From: an uncultured Candidatus Saccharibacteria bacterium
Lineage (GTDB): Bacteria; Patescibacteriota; Saccharimonadia; Saccharimonadales; Saccharimonadaceae
Reading direction: 5' to 3'
Length of the DNA stretch: 32,597 nt
NCBI GenBank assembly: GCA_946185175.1
Contig: CAMHIH010000001.1
Span: 1 to 32,597, forward strand
Shown: piece after piece, positions 9,143-18,761 of the stretch
Numbering within the stretch: the stretch's first letter is position 1
Layout: each line of letters begins with the position of its first letter
Made by a program: the position numbers and the translations under genes
The notes under the pieces: generated by a model
What the model was told of the DNA's origin: nothing
Databases searched by the model: none
The model's input: the letters and a program-made list of their open reading frames with translations, nothing else

Positions 9143-10561
9143 TTAGGCTTTTGGGAACAGCGGCTCAGCCGGAGGTGTGATTTGCTCAGCCGTAAAGATT
9201 CCGGCAATCTTTTCGGCTGTATCTGGAATAAAGAGAGACATTTTGTCGCAGAGGCCAAGCAAGTCGCTCGATAATTTTGCAAGAACTTGGCGGGCGGCGT
9301 CTGGGTCAGTCTTTGCAAGCGCCCAAGGTTTTTCCTCGTCGATGCGCTTGTTCAGATTTTGAATTTCTTTCCAGACTAACTCAAAAGCATTATTAAATTC
9401 GTATTTTTCCATTAATTCGTCGAAGCCGTCGATTTCAAGATTAGAGCGCTCGAGTCCCGCAATTTCATTCTTCTTACAGAGAGTCGTTAAGCGTTGCACT
9501 AAATTGCCTAAATCATTGGCGAGTTCATTGTATGACGCTTCATATTTATCCCACGTAAAATCGGAATCTTCCGTAGTAGAAGCATGGCGTAAGAAATAGT
9601 AACGGAATGGAGTTAGGCCGTGCTTATCGAGAATCTCAACTGGGTCTATTACATTGCCGATAGATTTCGACATTTTTTCGCCGTTTGCCGTAATGAAGCC
9701 ATGCGCCAAAAGATTCTTTGGTAGTGGTAGGCCAAGTCCGAGTAGAATCGCTGGCCAGATACCAGCATGGAAGCGCAAAATATCCTTACCGACAATCTGT
9801 GTATGTGCGGGCCACGTGTCCGAAATATCCTTATCTGGGTAGCCGAGCACTGTTATATAATTTGCCAACGCATCAATCCAGACATACATAACCTGAGATT
9901 CGTCGCCAGGCACAGCAACGCCCCATTCAACCTGATTCTTCGGTCGAGAAATTGAAACATCTGGCATATCCTTAAGGAGATTGAGAAATTCTTTTTTACG
10001 AAAAGTAGGTGTAATTTTTAGTTCATCAGACTCAATAGCCTCACGAATTTGATCTTTAAAATCAGAAATTCGTAAGTAATAGTTTTCTTCGCTGAGCTTA
10101 ACGTATGGTTTTTTATGGTCCGGACAAACACCGTTATTTTCGTCATGCTCCTTGTCGGTAACAAAATTTTCGCAACCTTCACAATACCAACCCTCATATT
10201 TGTCTTTGTAGATATGATCAGATAGTTTGGTCCAAATTTTTTGACAGCGTTTTTTGTGATCTGGATTAGTCGTACGAACAAAATCCGTATATTCAACACC
10301 AAGCGAATGAATAAAGTCTTGGAATTTGGCGGCATTCTGATCAACAAATTCTTGCGTTGGTATACCCTGCTCGGCTGCCTTTTTAAAAATCTTGCTACCA
10401 TGTTCATCGGTGCCAGCCTGCAAGCGCACGGTTTTGCCGCACATTATCATATATCGACGCAGCACGTCCGCAAGAAGATAGTCCATAGCATGTCCAAGGT
10501 GCGGATTACCGTTGACATATGGAATTGCTGTAGTGATATATGTTTCTTTCATAAAAAACAT
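9143..10561 (-). CDS. metG: Methionine--tRNA ligase (short form, no C-terminal tRNA-binding domain)
   Basis: 472 aa with the class I motifs HLGHAM and KMSKSIGNV, plus a Zn knuckle CEGCENF...CPDHKK. An AAGGTG SD is present. Confidence 0.95.
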   Translation of the reverse strand: MFFMKETYITTAIPYVNGNPHLGHAMDYLLADVLRRYMIMCGKTVRLQAGTDEHGSKIFKKAAEQGIPTQEFVDQNAAKFQDFIHSLGVEYTDFVRTTNPDHKKRCQKIWTKLSDHIYKDKYEGWYCEGCENFVTDKEHDENNGVCPDHKKPYVKLSEENYYLRISDFKDQIREAIESDELKITPTFRKKEFLNLLKDMPDVSISRPKNQVEWGVAVPGDESQVMYVWIDALANYITVLGYPDKDISDTWPAHTQIVGKDILRFHAGIWPAILLGLGLPLPKNLLAHGFITANGEKMSKSIGNVIDPVEILDKHGLTPFRYYFLRHASTTEDSDFTWDKYEASYNELANDLGNLVQRLTTLCKKNEIAGLERSNLEIDGFDELMEKYEFNNAFELVWKEIQNLNKRIDEEKPWALAKTDPDAARQVLAKLSSDLLGLCDKMSLFIPDTAEKIAGIFTAEQITPPAEPLFPKA

Positions 10562-10609
10562 TATAACACCTTAAAAAGCTAGCGTTTGATAGATTATGCA
10601 AAAGATGTT

Positions 10610-11209
10610 TTAGAGTGACATGATGATAATAATTGCAATAATGATAATTGCAAAAATGCCGACACCACCAAGAGCCATAAAGAGTGGCTTATTACTCTTT
10701 TTGGCGCCAGGCGCAGTAACAACATTAGCGGCGACTGCTGGCGGTTCGCTTGATTCAGCAGATGGCGCTTCATTAGTTAAATCGCCATCGACGAAACCGG
10801 CGGTCTCTTCGCTTTTAGGTGCGCCACCATCACTAGTAGCTGCGTTATCAATCGGATCAGTGGTATTCGTAAAATCAACTGGGCCAGATGGAGTATCCGT
10901 TGCGGCATCCCCGCCATTAGCTAAACTCATGTTTGGATTATCATCCATCTGTTGCTGAAGTTCGGCGTCGCTGGTAGGCACATCGTCGAGACTAACGTCG
11001 TTAACGTCTAAAGTATTTTGGATATTGTTGCCCTCATTGGCGGTAGCGGCGACTGCTTCATTAATTGCATCCATATCAAGAACTGGCTCGGCCGCAACCG
11101 CTTCGGCTGCGGTAGATTCTACGGCGTCAATAGTAGATTCGAGTTCAGGCTCTGGAGCTGCCCCTGCAACATCTTGATTTGGGTTTAAGTTTGGATCATT
11201 TGGCGCCAT
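10610..11209 (-). CDS. Acidic low-complexity protein with a single C-terminal TM anchor; function unknown
   Basis: 199 aa, rich in D/E/A/N/T/P, with no signal peptide. It ends KKSNKPLFMALGGVGIFAIIIIAIIIIMSL. A GGAGA SD is present. Confidence 0.5.
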   Translation of the reverse strand: MAPNDPNLNPNQDVAGAAPEPELESTIDAVESTAAEAVAAEPVLDMDAINEAVAATANEGNNIQNTLDVNDVSLDDVPTSDAELQQQMDDNPNMSLANGGDAATDTPSGPVDFTNTTDPIDNAATSDGGAPKSEETAGFVDGDLTNEAPSAESSEPPAVAANVVTAPGAKKSNKPLFMALGGVGIFAIIIIAIIIIMSL

Positions 11210-11254
11210 TAGTTATCTCCAGTTGAGTTTAATATAATACCAGTTATGTTTATT

Positions 11255-12031
11255 TTAAATTGATTTGAGATTTTTTTCAAGTTCGCACCAGTTTTCAATG
11301 CTTAAATCAGCCGGACGCGCATCGATTGAGATATTCTGTGCTTCAAATAATTGCGCAATTTTATCTTTCGGCAAATGGGTAGTTACCGCCAAATTGGTAA
11401 CTAGTTTCTTGCGCGGCGCCGTAAAACCTAATTTGATGAGCGATATTGTTCGCTCGGTGGCTAATGGTTTGGCCAATGGCTCGAAGACAACTACTTGACT
11501 GTCAACCTTTGGTGGCGGAGTGAAAAATTCACGTTTAACGACTGGCCCAGCGGTGACCTTAGCGTAAATTTGAGCCGACAAACCCAGCACCGAGTAGTCG
11601 CCAGGACCAGCAACTAATCGCTCGGCCACTTCTTTCTGCATTAGTAAAACAATTTTTACAGGCGAATGCTCAGCGTGTAGGAACTTTTGAATGATTGGCG
11701 ACGTAATATAGTATGGAATATTCCCTGCAACAACGTATTTTTCTGGCAGGTTCAGCGATTCAAGATCTAAAGATAGAATATCTTGGTTTATGACCGTTAG
11801 GTCTTTACCCGGAAATGATTTGGGTAAATTAGCCGCAAGACGCTCGTCGATTTCAATCGCGGTCACTTTATCAAAAAACTGAAAAAGCGCCGAAGTTAGC
11901 GTGCCAAGACCGGGGCCAATTTCCACTACTTCAGAAACGCCGTCGACGCTTGCTAAATCAGCAATATCAAGTAAAATGTCCCGGTTTTTTAGCCAGTTTT
12001 GGCCGAGAGACTTCTTATTTTGTAATGCCAT
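11255..12031 (-). CDS. rsmA: 16S rRNA (adenine1518/1519-N6)-dimethyltransferase
   Basis: 258 aa with LGQNWL, the SAM motif VVEIGPGLGTLT and GNIPYYITSPI, all KsgA/RsmA signatures. Confidence 0.93.
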   Translation of the reverse strand: MALQNKKSLGQNWLKNRDILLDIADLASVDGVSEVVEIGPGLGTLTSALFQFFDKVTAIEIDERLAANLPKSFPGKDLTVINQDILSLDLESLNLPEKYVVAGNIPYYITSPIIQKFLHAEHSPVKIVLLMQKEVAERLVAGPGDYSVLGLSAQIYAKVTAGPVVKREFFTPPPKVDSQVVVFEPLAKPLATERTISLIKLGFTAPRKKLVTNLAVTTHLPKDKIAQLFEAQNISIDARPADLSIENWCELEKNLKSI

Positions 12032-12034
12032 TTT

Positions 12035-13252
12035 TTACCACCAATTATGGCTCGTCCAGAACTGATAGGCTCCAGCCCAGCTGCCATAACGACCATTAGC
12101 ATAGCTCGAAGCCGAACGAAGCTGACAGACTGGATCGCTTTGCCAATTTGGACAGTCACTCTGCAAGCGACCAAGGCTGGTCTGATACAGGCCATAATAA
12201 CGTCCGTTCGATGCAGTCGTGCGCCAGCCAGACTCGTGCGAAATGATAAAGTTCACGTAGCCATAGTCGGAGGCCGAAATGCCGGCTGCCGCCATCCAAT
12301 CTTCATGTGAACCGGCCGGCAAATTAATCTTCACACCGACAGTCACCTGTTGCTCTACCGGTTCAGTGATAATAACTTCTGAAATGAAGGTGCGAGAAAG
12401 AATCTGCCCATCACGCATCTCGACATCATACACTACACTCTTTTTGCCCGGTACGCCCACCTGCGTCACATTGCGTGTACCGTAGTCTAGAGAATAGTCG
12501 GTAGTAACGCGTTCAGTGAATGGTATATCTTCCTCGATTGTTATCGTATGCTTGCCTTGGAAATAGACCGAAAGCGCTAAACCATCAACCACTTTCGTGT
12601 CACCAGGTAGCGACACCCAGTTAATTTCTGGGTTATTGTCGATATCCTGTTCCTGCAAGAAATCATTAACGGTTTTTGCCTGAGTGCGAATCGTCGTATG
12701 CTGGCCGTTAAAATCTAGACTAATGGTCTTTGCGCGTACGACTTGATAAACCGTCGTCATGCCAGTCTCAAGAAATTTATCATATGGAATTAGCTCTACT
12801 ACATCAGCCGTCAACAGCTCAATGCCAGCATCCGCAGCGATAGTCTCGGGATCGGTTGATGGGGTAGAAATAATCGTCTCGACTAATCCATCTCGTACCA
12901 CAACCTGGCGCGCTCGATAGATATTAATATTAAACTCGTTCGCATTAATTTCTTCATCAAGCCCTGGTTCAACTTTGTCGCCATCATTAACAGAAATCTC
13001 GGCTCGATCAAGCAATTCGCGAACGGTTTTAGCATCACTACGCAAGATAGTACGCTGCTCGTTGTCATAAATAGTCACAAAATGCTGCTCCGTTTCTTCC
13101 TCGGAGCTTGATTGGTCGGAAGTGGCGCGCGCGTTTAACGCTTGTTGTTTTAGGCAAATGCCAAAAAACAAAAAGACGATCACTAGACCAAGAATAAATA
13201 ACGGGAGATTTTCTCTCGTTTTACGTATTCTCATACGCCCATATTTTACCAT
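12035..13252 (-). CDS. Secreted DUF348/G5-domain cell-wall protein with a C-terminal lysozyme-like (Apf/IsaA/Rpf-type) muralytic domain
   Basis: 405 aa with an N-terminal TM/signal and repeated DUF348-like modules (TVRELLDRAEISVNDGDKVEP, TVNDFLQEQDI). A G5-like segment follows. The C-terminus has IISHESGW...YYGLYQ...RYGSWAGAYQFWTSHNWW. Confidence 0.8.
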   Translation of the reverse strand: MVKYGRMRIRKTRENLPLFILGLVIVFLFFGICLKQQALNARATSDQSSSEEETEQHFVTIYDNEQRTILRSDAKTVRELLDRAEISVNDGDKVEPGLDEEINANEFNINIYRARQVVVRDGLVETIISTPSTDPETIAADAGIELLTADVVELIPYDKFLETGMTTVYQVVRAKTISLDFNGQHTTIRTQAKTVNDFLQEQDIDNNPEINWVSLPGDTKVVDGLALSVYFQGKHTITIEEDIPFTERVTTDYSLDYGTRNVTQVGVPGKKSVVYDVEMRDGQILSRTFISEVIITEPVEQQVTVGVKINLPAGSHEDWMAAAGISASDYGYVNFIISHESGWRTTASNGRYYGLYQTSLGRLQSDCPNWQSDPVCQLRSASSYANGRYGSWAGAYQFWTSHNWW

Positions 13253-13294
13253 AGAAGCTCTTTGTGAGCAATTTTAACAGAGGTGGGGCTATTG

Positions 13295-14137
13295 TTATTG
13301 GATGTGATAGTTGTGTTTTCCCGCAACTAAAAAGTGCGTTTTATCGATACTGTATTTCTTCCCGCTAGAATACTTTTTTATCTCCTGCAAGCATCTTTCC
13401 GCCTGTGGCAAAGTCACCGTACAACCATTTCGGCGTAAGAAAAACCGCAACAATTCAATATTCTCCGGTGCTTGGGTTTGGTCAAGCAACTCGCGCGATA
13501 TTATCTTTCCTTCCCCCACTAACTGCAATAAAAGGTCTTCTATTTCCGCCTTTAGATCGACTTGGCGACGATAAAGGTTCAATAATTGCTCTTTTTGCGC
13601 AGCACTTAACTGTTTTGAAACTGTTTGACGGATACGATTGCGCAGATAATGCTCGTCATTATTGGTTTGATCGAGCCGGAAGCGCAGCTTGTGTTGAGCG
13701 GCGTACCGATAAACATCGCTTTTCGTCAACATTTGCATGGGGCGAAAAATCTCCTGATTACCAAATGGAGCTAAACCGCGCCAACCAGTACCGCGCAAAC
13801 AATTAATAATAATCGACTCAATGCAATCGTCGGCGTGGTGCGCCGTAACAATCTCGGCGTCGTGTTCCAATGCTAAACGCCTCAAAAAATCATAGCGTCT
13901 GCGTCGCGCCAACTCTTCAGAGCATTGCGCCCCCAACGCAGCTCTTTCCGAAACGAAGCGAAATCCATAACGATGCGCTAATTTCTCCACGAAAGCACAA
14001 TCATCGTCCGCGCTTGGGCGGATGCCATGATTATAGTGTGCCACTATGGTGTCTTTTGGCCAGTCAAACATATCCAGCAATACAACAGAGTCAATACCGC
14101 CCGAAACGGCCAAAATATATCGGTTCATGTGGTACAA
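13295..14137 (-). CDS. tilS: tRNA(Ile)-lysidine synthase, short form
   Basis: PP-loop motif SGGIDS near the N-terminus and a TAHHADD motif. The likely true start is ATG 14128 (MNRYILAV), since the track start at 14137 is a TTG. It lacks the long C-terminal domain of the E. coli enzyme. Confidence 0.88.
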   Translation of the reverse strand: MYHMNRYILAVSGGIDSVVLLDMFDWPKDTIVAHYNHGIRPSADDDCAFVEKLAHRYGFRFVSERAALGAQCSEELARRRRYDFLRRLALEHDAEIVTAHHADDCIESIIINCLRGTGWRGLAPFGNQEIFRPMQMLTKSDVYRYAAQHKLRFRLDQTNNDEHYLRNRIRQTVSKQLSAAQKEQLLNLYRRQVDLKAEIEDLLLQLVGEGKIISRELLDQTQAPENIELLRFFLRRNGCTVTLPQAERCLQEIKKYSSGKKYSIDKTHFLVAGKHNYHIQ

Positions 14138-14165
14138 TTATTCCATATAAGGAGGCGAAAAGAAA

Positions 14166-14789
14166 ATGTTAATGGTTGGTTCGAGATTGATTGGGATGCC
14201 AGTTTTAAGTCTGCATATCGGCGGACAAACTGCCTCCGTAAAACGCCCTATCATTGATCCAGAAAACCTCAATATTATCGCCTTTGAACTTGAGGGGCCA
14301 TTACTTTCCGATCCAGAAATCGGTAGCTATTTAATGGCAGAAGACGTCCGCGAAATCAGTATGCAAGGAATCGTTGTCGATTCGGCCGACCGTTTTGTTA
14401 ACCCGGAAGACGTGATTCGTCTCAATGATGTCTTGGGATTAAATTTCGATTTAATTAATCTAAAGGTGGTTTCACACGAGGGTCGTAGCGAAAAGAAAAT
14501 CGGCAGGATCGAAGATTACACTGTAGATTCGGCCACTTTGACAATTTTCCAGATTATCGTGCAACGCCCATTCATGCAATCATTAAAAGACGCTCAGCTA
14601 ACAATAAACCGGTCTCAAATTACCGAAATTGATGACTACAAAGTCACAATTATGCACGATAAACAAAAAGTATCCGTGTCGCAAAAGAAAACCGCTAAAG
14701 AAGAGGCGGAAGAATTCGTGCCAAACTTCACGAACCCATTTCGCAAGCCGGACTATTCGCCTGTCGAAGATGACATTGATGATAATTGA
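14166..14789 (+). CDS. PRC-barrel-like domain protein; function unknown
   Basis: 207 aa whose N-terminus (GSRLIGMPVLSLHIGGQTASVKRPIIDPENLNIIAFEL) resembles a PRC-barrel domain. An AAGGAGG SD lies 10 nt upstream. It ends in TGA. Confidence 0.55.
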   Translation: MLMVGSRLIGMPVLSLHIGGQTASVKRPIIDPENLNIIAFELEGPLLSDPEIGSYLMAEDVREISMQGIVVDSADRFVNPEDVIRLNDVLGLNFDLINLKVVSHEGRSEKKIGRIEDYTVDSATLTIFQIIVQRPFMQSLKDAQLTINRSQITEIDDYKVTIMHDKQKVSVSQKKTAKEEAEEFVPNFTNPFRKPDYSPVEDDIDDN

Positions 14790-15487
14790 TCCAAAACATC
14801 CGAATAGCTAAAACCCTGCCGCACTAAATATTGGATAAATTTCTGTTGGTCTGGATAACGTGCGGCTTTTTTGGCGATGATTTTCTGTAGCTCGCCTATG
14901 TCGTCTCGGTCGCTATAAGATAGCGCCTCATCAATAATGCTCGCGGATACGCCTTTTTGTTGTAGCTCCTGACGTAGCTTTTTAAGGCTGCTGCCCTTTC
15001 TGGCGTTGTGATTTTCGACCCAAAATGCAGCGAACTTCGCATCGTCAATATACCCACGCTCCATTAAGCGGTCCAAAACAAGTGGCACTAATGTCGCGTC
15101 GTAGCCCTCTTTAACCCTGGTTTGATACTCTCCCGTTTTGCGGTTTTTGACTCTTATTTTACGGCTCAAAGTCTTCCGTTTGAGATAATCGCGTATCTCC
15201 TTAGAGGAATGCGGACGCGAAAAGACATATTCTAATGCGCGACCATATAGCTTGCCGAAATCCGAAGCATGCTTCAACTCAGCTAAATCTGAATCGCTGA
15301 GCTGTTTGCCAATTTTGACACCAAAATCAACCACCTGGCTAATATCAAGTGAACAAAAGAACTTTTGATCAACATAAATATTAACGCGGTTTTGAGTGCG
15401 TACCGCTTCTTTGATGTCGGTGACACGATGTAATGAAGCTTGTGGCTCCGCTACATCAGAGTCATAAATTGTAATTGTTTCGAGCAT
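14753..15487 (-). CDS. recX: Recombination regulator RecX
   Basis: 244 aa helical repeat protein lying immediately downstream of recA with a TAATG stop/start overlap, the conserved recA-recX arrangement. Confidence 0.8.
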   Translation of the reverse strand: MLETITIYDSDVAEPQASLHRVTDIKEAVRTQNRVNIYVDQKFFCSLDISQVVDFGVKIGKQLSDSDLAELKHASDFGKLYGRALEYVFSRPHSSKEIRDYLKRKTLSRKIRVKNRKTGEYQTRVKEGYDATLVPLVLDRLMERGYIDDAKFAAFWVENHNARKGSSLKKLRQELQQKGVSASIIDEALSYSDRDDIGELQKIIAKKAARYPDQQKFIQYLVRQGFSYSDVLDQLSSMSSSTGE

Positions 15488-16551
15488 TAATCTTCAGTTG
15501 ATTTAGCGGCTTCGCGTACCTTGGCTTCGATTTCGTCCGCTAATTCAGGTTTTTCTTTGAACAGTGTTTTAACGGCTTCGCGGCCTTGACCGATTGTTTC
15601 GCCGTTATATTTGAAGAAAGCACCAGCTTTATCGATTATGCCGTATTGAACGCCTAAATCGAGAATATCGCCAGTCTTACTAATTCCTTCGTTATACATA
15701 ATGTCAAACTCGGCCGTACGGAATGGCGCCGCAATCTTGTTCTTTACGACCTTAATCTTGGTGCGGTTGCCGGCAATATTGTCACCATTTTTAATTTGGC
15801 CAATACGGCGAATGTCGACACGGACGGATGCATAAAACTTAAGCGCATTACCGCCAGTCGTAGTCTCTGGGTTGCCAAATAGCACACCAATCTTCATGCG
15901 AATCTGGTTAATGAAAATAACGGTGGCCTTAGTTTTACTAATGACGCCAGTGAGCTTACGCATCGCCTGCGACATCAACCGAGCCTGCAAGCCCATTTGA
16001 GCATCACCCATATCGCCGTCGATTTCCGCCTGTGGCACAAGCGCCGCCACTGAGTCGACAACAATCAGGTCCACTGCGCCAGAACGTACAAGCGTTTCAC
16101 AAATTTCGAGCGCCTGTTCACCGTTATCTGGCTGAGAAATTAATAGGTTGCCAGTATCCACGCCAATCTTGCGTGCATAGGCTGGATCGAGTGCATGCTC
16201 GGCATCGATGAAGGCCGCCTGGCCGCCCTGCTTTTGGATTTCAGCAATGGCATGTAGTGCCAATGTGGTCTTGCCGGATGATTCTGGGCCATAAATTTCA
16301 ATGATACGCCCCTTCGGATAACCACCGCCAAGCGCTAAATCTAGCGCCAGAGAACCAGACGAAAAAAGTTCGACATCAATTTTCGACTGCTCGCCCAATT
16401 TCATAATGGAACCATTACCAAATTGCTTCGTGATTTGTGCCAAAGCTAGATTTAGAGCTTCTTTTTTACCTTCATCTTCAACGGAAGGTTTTTTGTCTTT
16501 TGGTTTTTTATCAGATTCTGCCGCCACCGCATCTGGATTTTTCTTAGCCAC
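15487..16551 (-). CDS. recA: Recombinase RecA
   Basis: 354 aa with [13 protein letters not shown] (Walker A), IVVDSVAAL and the rest of the unmistakable RecA core. It has a GTG start 5 nt after AAGGAGG. Confidence 0.98.
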   Translation of the reverse strand: MAKKNPDAVAAESDKKPKDKKPSVEDEGKKEALNLALAQITKQFGNGSIMKLGEQSKIDVELFSSGSLALDLALGGGYPKGRIIEIYGPESSGKTTLALHAIAEIQKQGGQAAFIDAEHALDPAYARKIGVDTGNLLISQPDNGEQALEICETLVRSGAVDLIVVDSVAALVPQAEIDGDMGDAQMGLQARLMSQAMRKLTGVISKTKATVIFINQIRMKIGVLFGNPETTTGGNALKFYASVRVDIRRIGQIKNGDNIAGNRTKIKVVKNKIAAPFRTAEFDIMYNEGISKTGDILDLGVQYGIIDKAGAFFKYNGETIGQGREAVKTLFKEKPELADEIEAKVREAAKSTED

Positions 16552-16601
16552 TTGTACCTCCTTGTTTCTCTTTATATTTTACCTGATTGATATCTTTAAA
16601 T

Positions 16602-17003
16602 CTAGTTGGCAAACTGCATGTCGACCGGTTTTCGCGAGTAACGTGGCCGATTACGCTCAGCCACATATGGCGCGAGGCCATCAAAGAAATAATGTACGAG
16701 AGTTTCAATCCGTTCTTTGCGCTCGGGTGGAATAATCCCCTTACAACCAACCGTTGGATTGCGTCGATTTATGCTGACACGGTAATCGATTTCTCCCGTA
16801 CGAAGATTGAGTCCGAAACCGAAAATATCCTCAATTTTGCTGCGCCGAATAATCAAATCGTCGCGCATATCTGGCATAAAATCATCTCCGGCCGAAAGGA
16901 TGCCACGTCGAGCATCGATAGTACACCAGATATATCCATCCATCTGCTCGACTAGCTCGACCAGCTCATGCTGATTAAATTTCATCTTTCTGTAATACCG
17001 CAT
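16602..17003 (-). CDS. Small conserved hypothetical soluble protein
   Basis: 133 aa ORF with an AAGAGGAAC SD. I do not securely recognise a family; it vaguely resembles small CPR DUF families. Confidence 0.55.
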   Translation of the reverse strand: MRYYRKMKFNQHELVELVEQMDGYIWCTIDARRGILSAGDDFMPDMRDDLIIRRSKIEDIFGFGLNLRTGEIDYRVSINRRNPTVGCKGIIPPERKERIETLVHYFFDGLAPYVAERNRPRYSRKPVDMQFAN

Positions 17004-17154
17004 AATATACGTTCCTCTTGTTAGTTTTCTTCAAAAATAACAGGCAAAAAACATCTAAAAAAGCACGAGTTTAATGTTTTTGCATAAGGGGTGGCACAAA
17101 AAGTAACAGGATGATACAATATAATAAATTCAAATAATTACAAGAAAGGAAGAC

Positions 17155-17856
17155 ATGAGCGGACACAGCAAATGGGCAACCACCAAACGCCAAAAAGCCG
17201 TAGTTGATGCAAAGCGCGGTGCGTTGTTTACGAAGATCGGCAACCAAATCGCGATTGCAGCGCGGAGTGGCACCGACCCCGCTATGAACCCTTCCCTCGC
17301 AATGGTCCTAGAAAAGGCCCGCCTAGCAAATATGCCGAAGGCAAACATTGAGCGTGCTATTGCTCGCGTCGCAGATAAAAGCGCCGCAGCATTAATTGAG
17401 GAGACCTATGAGGCATACGGCCCAGGTGGCGTCGGCATCATTATCGAAGTTGCAACCGACAACAAGAATCGCACGATGCCGGAAGTACGCCATACACTCG
17501 AAAAGAACGGTGGTCGCATGGCGGATCCTGGCTCGGTGATGTTCCAGTTCTCGCGCAAAGGCGTAATTTTCACGAAAGCTAAGGGCGACGAAATCATGAT
17601 GGCGGCTCTCGATGCTGGCGCTGAAGATATCGCCGACGAAGATGATGGCACAACTATTTACACGGCATCAAGCGACCTCATGAAAGTACGCTCCGCCCTA
17701 ATCGAAGCTGGTTACGAGATTGATTCCGCAGAGTTACAGTATGTGCCAAATAACACTGTACCAATCGACGAAGAAACTGCACCAAAAGTTGAGAAAATTC
17801 TTGATGCGATTGACGACCTAGACGATGTAGTTGCGGTTCATACGAATGCCGAATAA
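17155..17856 (+). CDS. yebC: YebC/PmpR (TACO1) family transcriptional/translational regulator
   Basis: 233 aa with MSGHSKWATTKRQKAVVDAKRG at the N-terminus, which is diagnostic of the YebC family. Confidence 0.95.
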   Translation: MSGHSKWATTKRQKAVVDAKRGALFTKIGNQIAIAARSGTDPAMNPSLAMVLEKARLANMPKANIERAIARVADKSAAALIEETYEAYGPGGVGIIIEVATDNKNRTMPEVRHTLEKNGGRMADPGSVMFQFSRKGVIFTKAKGDEIMMAALDAGAEDIADEDDGTTIYTASSDLMKVRSALIEAGYEIDSAELQYVPNNTVPIDEETAPKVEKILDAIDDLDDVVAVHTNAE

Positions 17857-17859
17857 GCA

Positions 17860-17888
17860 TTGACTTTTTAGCCAATCTGTGATATAAT
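17860..17888 (+). promoter_or_regulatory. Near-consensus sigma70-type promoter TTGACT-17-TGaTATAAT with no gene downstream on the same strand
   Basis: TTGACT at 17860-17865, a 17-nt spacer, and TATAAT at 17883-17888 preceded by TGa. It lies between the yebC stop and the terminator hairpin. Confidence 0.45.
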
Positions 17889-17899
17889 TAAAGAATAGT

Positions 17900-17927
17900 C
17901 CTCCTCCGGGAGGCTTTCTTTTATTTT
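17900..17927 (+). terminator. Intrinsic terminator between convergent yebC and dut
   Basis: CCTCC-tccg-GGAGG hairpin (17900-17913) followed by CTTTCTTTTATTTT. Confidence 0.6.
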
Positions 17928-18355
17928 AGGCCAGTGCTACCAAATCCACCGGCGCGCTCAGATTCAGACAATTCGGCAACTTCCTCAAATTCGACATGTT
18001 CATATTTCGCGACAACACCCTGCGCAATTCGCATACCCGGCTCGACCGTAAACTCTTTATCACTGTGGTTCTTAAGTAAAACGCGCATTTCGCCACGATA
18101 ATCCGAGTCAATCGTACCGATACCGTTCAGTAATGAGACGTGGTGCTTATAGGCCAGACCACTACGACTACGAATCTGTAACTCATAACCGGCAGGGATC
18201 TCAACGCCAACACCAGTATCAAAAGCATGAATTTCGCCTGGCTGCATTGTATATGGCTCAGTTAAATGTGCACAAAAATCAAAGCCAGCAGCGCCGGCAG
18301 TTTGATACTGTGGAATAATCGAGTCTTCGTAGAATTTAAAGATTTTCATCCTCAT
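17921..18355 (-). CDS. dut: dUTP diphosphatase
   Basis: Motifs AGAAGFDF, RSRSGLA and GTIDSDYRGE. I moved the start to ATG 18355 (MRMKIF) because the track's upstream extension is antisense to tRNA-Ser. TACAAT lies N6 upstream of this ATG. Confidence 0.9.
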   Translation of the reverse strand: MRMKIFKFYEDSIIPQYQTAGAAGFDFCAHLTEPYTMQPGEIHAFDTGVGVEIPAGYELQIRSRSGLAYKHHVSLLNGIGTIDSDYRGEMRVLLKNHSDKEFTVEPGMRIAQGVVAKYEHVEFEEVAELSESERAGGFGSTGLK

Positions 18356-18394
18356 GCTTAGATTGTATCTTAAATATGATATAATTGCACAAGT

Positions 18395-18483
18395 GGAAGG
18401 ATGACCGAGTGGTTTATGGTACCGGTCTTGAAAACCGGCGTGGTTAATAGCCACCGTGAGTTCGAATCTCACTCCTTCCGCCA
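18395..18483 (+). tRNA. tRNA-Ser (anticodon UGA), CCA encoded
   Basis: Acceptor stem GGAAGGA/TCCTTCC, anticodon stem CCGGT/ACCGG with loop CTTGAAA, a long variable arm and a T-arm with GTTCGAATC. TGaTATAAT promoter at 18377-18385. Confidence 0.9.
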
Positions 18484-18503
18484 TTTTTTGTATAAGGAGG
18501 ACT

Positions 18504-18734
18504 ATGCCAAATATCCCAAAAGAAATAGTGAAAAAACTTTTCGAAGATCAATCCGCAAAACTTTCCTGTCCTCAATGCAAAAGTACGAATATTGCAAAGA
18601 TATTACATGGTCTGCCGGTTATGTCGCCGGAATTACAAAAAGACCTCGACGATGGCAAGGTTGTCTTGGGCGGCTGTACGGTATTTGAAAACATGCCACA
18701 CCACCACTGCAACGATTGTGATACTGATTTCTAA
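18504..18734 (+). CDS. Small zinc-ribbon-like protein (CPQC...CNDC); function unknown
   Basis: 76 aa starting from the ATG 4 nt after a strong AAGGAGG SD. It has two CxxC pairs. The track's longer version begins inside the tRNA. Confidence 0.6.
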   Translation: MPNIPKEIVKKLFEDQSAKLSCPQCKSTNIAKILHGLPVMSPELQKDLDDGKVVLGGCTVFENMPHHHCNDCDTDF

Positions 18735-18761
18735 AGATGCCATGCTAAAATTAAAATACTG

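Noticed and set aside
16552-16601. SOS/LexA box upstream of recA (and upstream of ruvB, 31450-31545)
   Set aside because: I searched by eye for GAAC-N4-GTTC and CTGT-N8-ACAG type palindromes and found none. The two perfect palindromes near ruvB are unrelated in sequence to each other and look more like RNA hairpins.
18356-18484. N-terminal 43 aa of the 187-aa track ORF (MAEGVRFELTVAINHAGF...)
   Set aside because: This stretch is the antisense strand of tRNA-Ser and its promoter. The dUTPase homology begins at MRMKIF (ATG 18355), which also has a TACAAT-N6 promoter.
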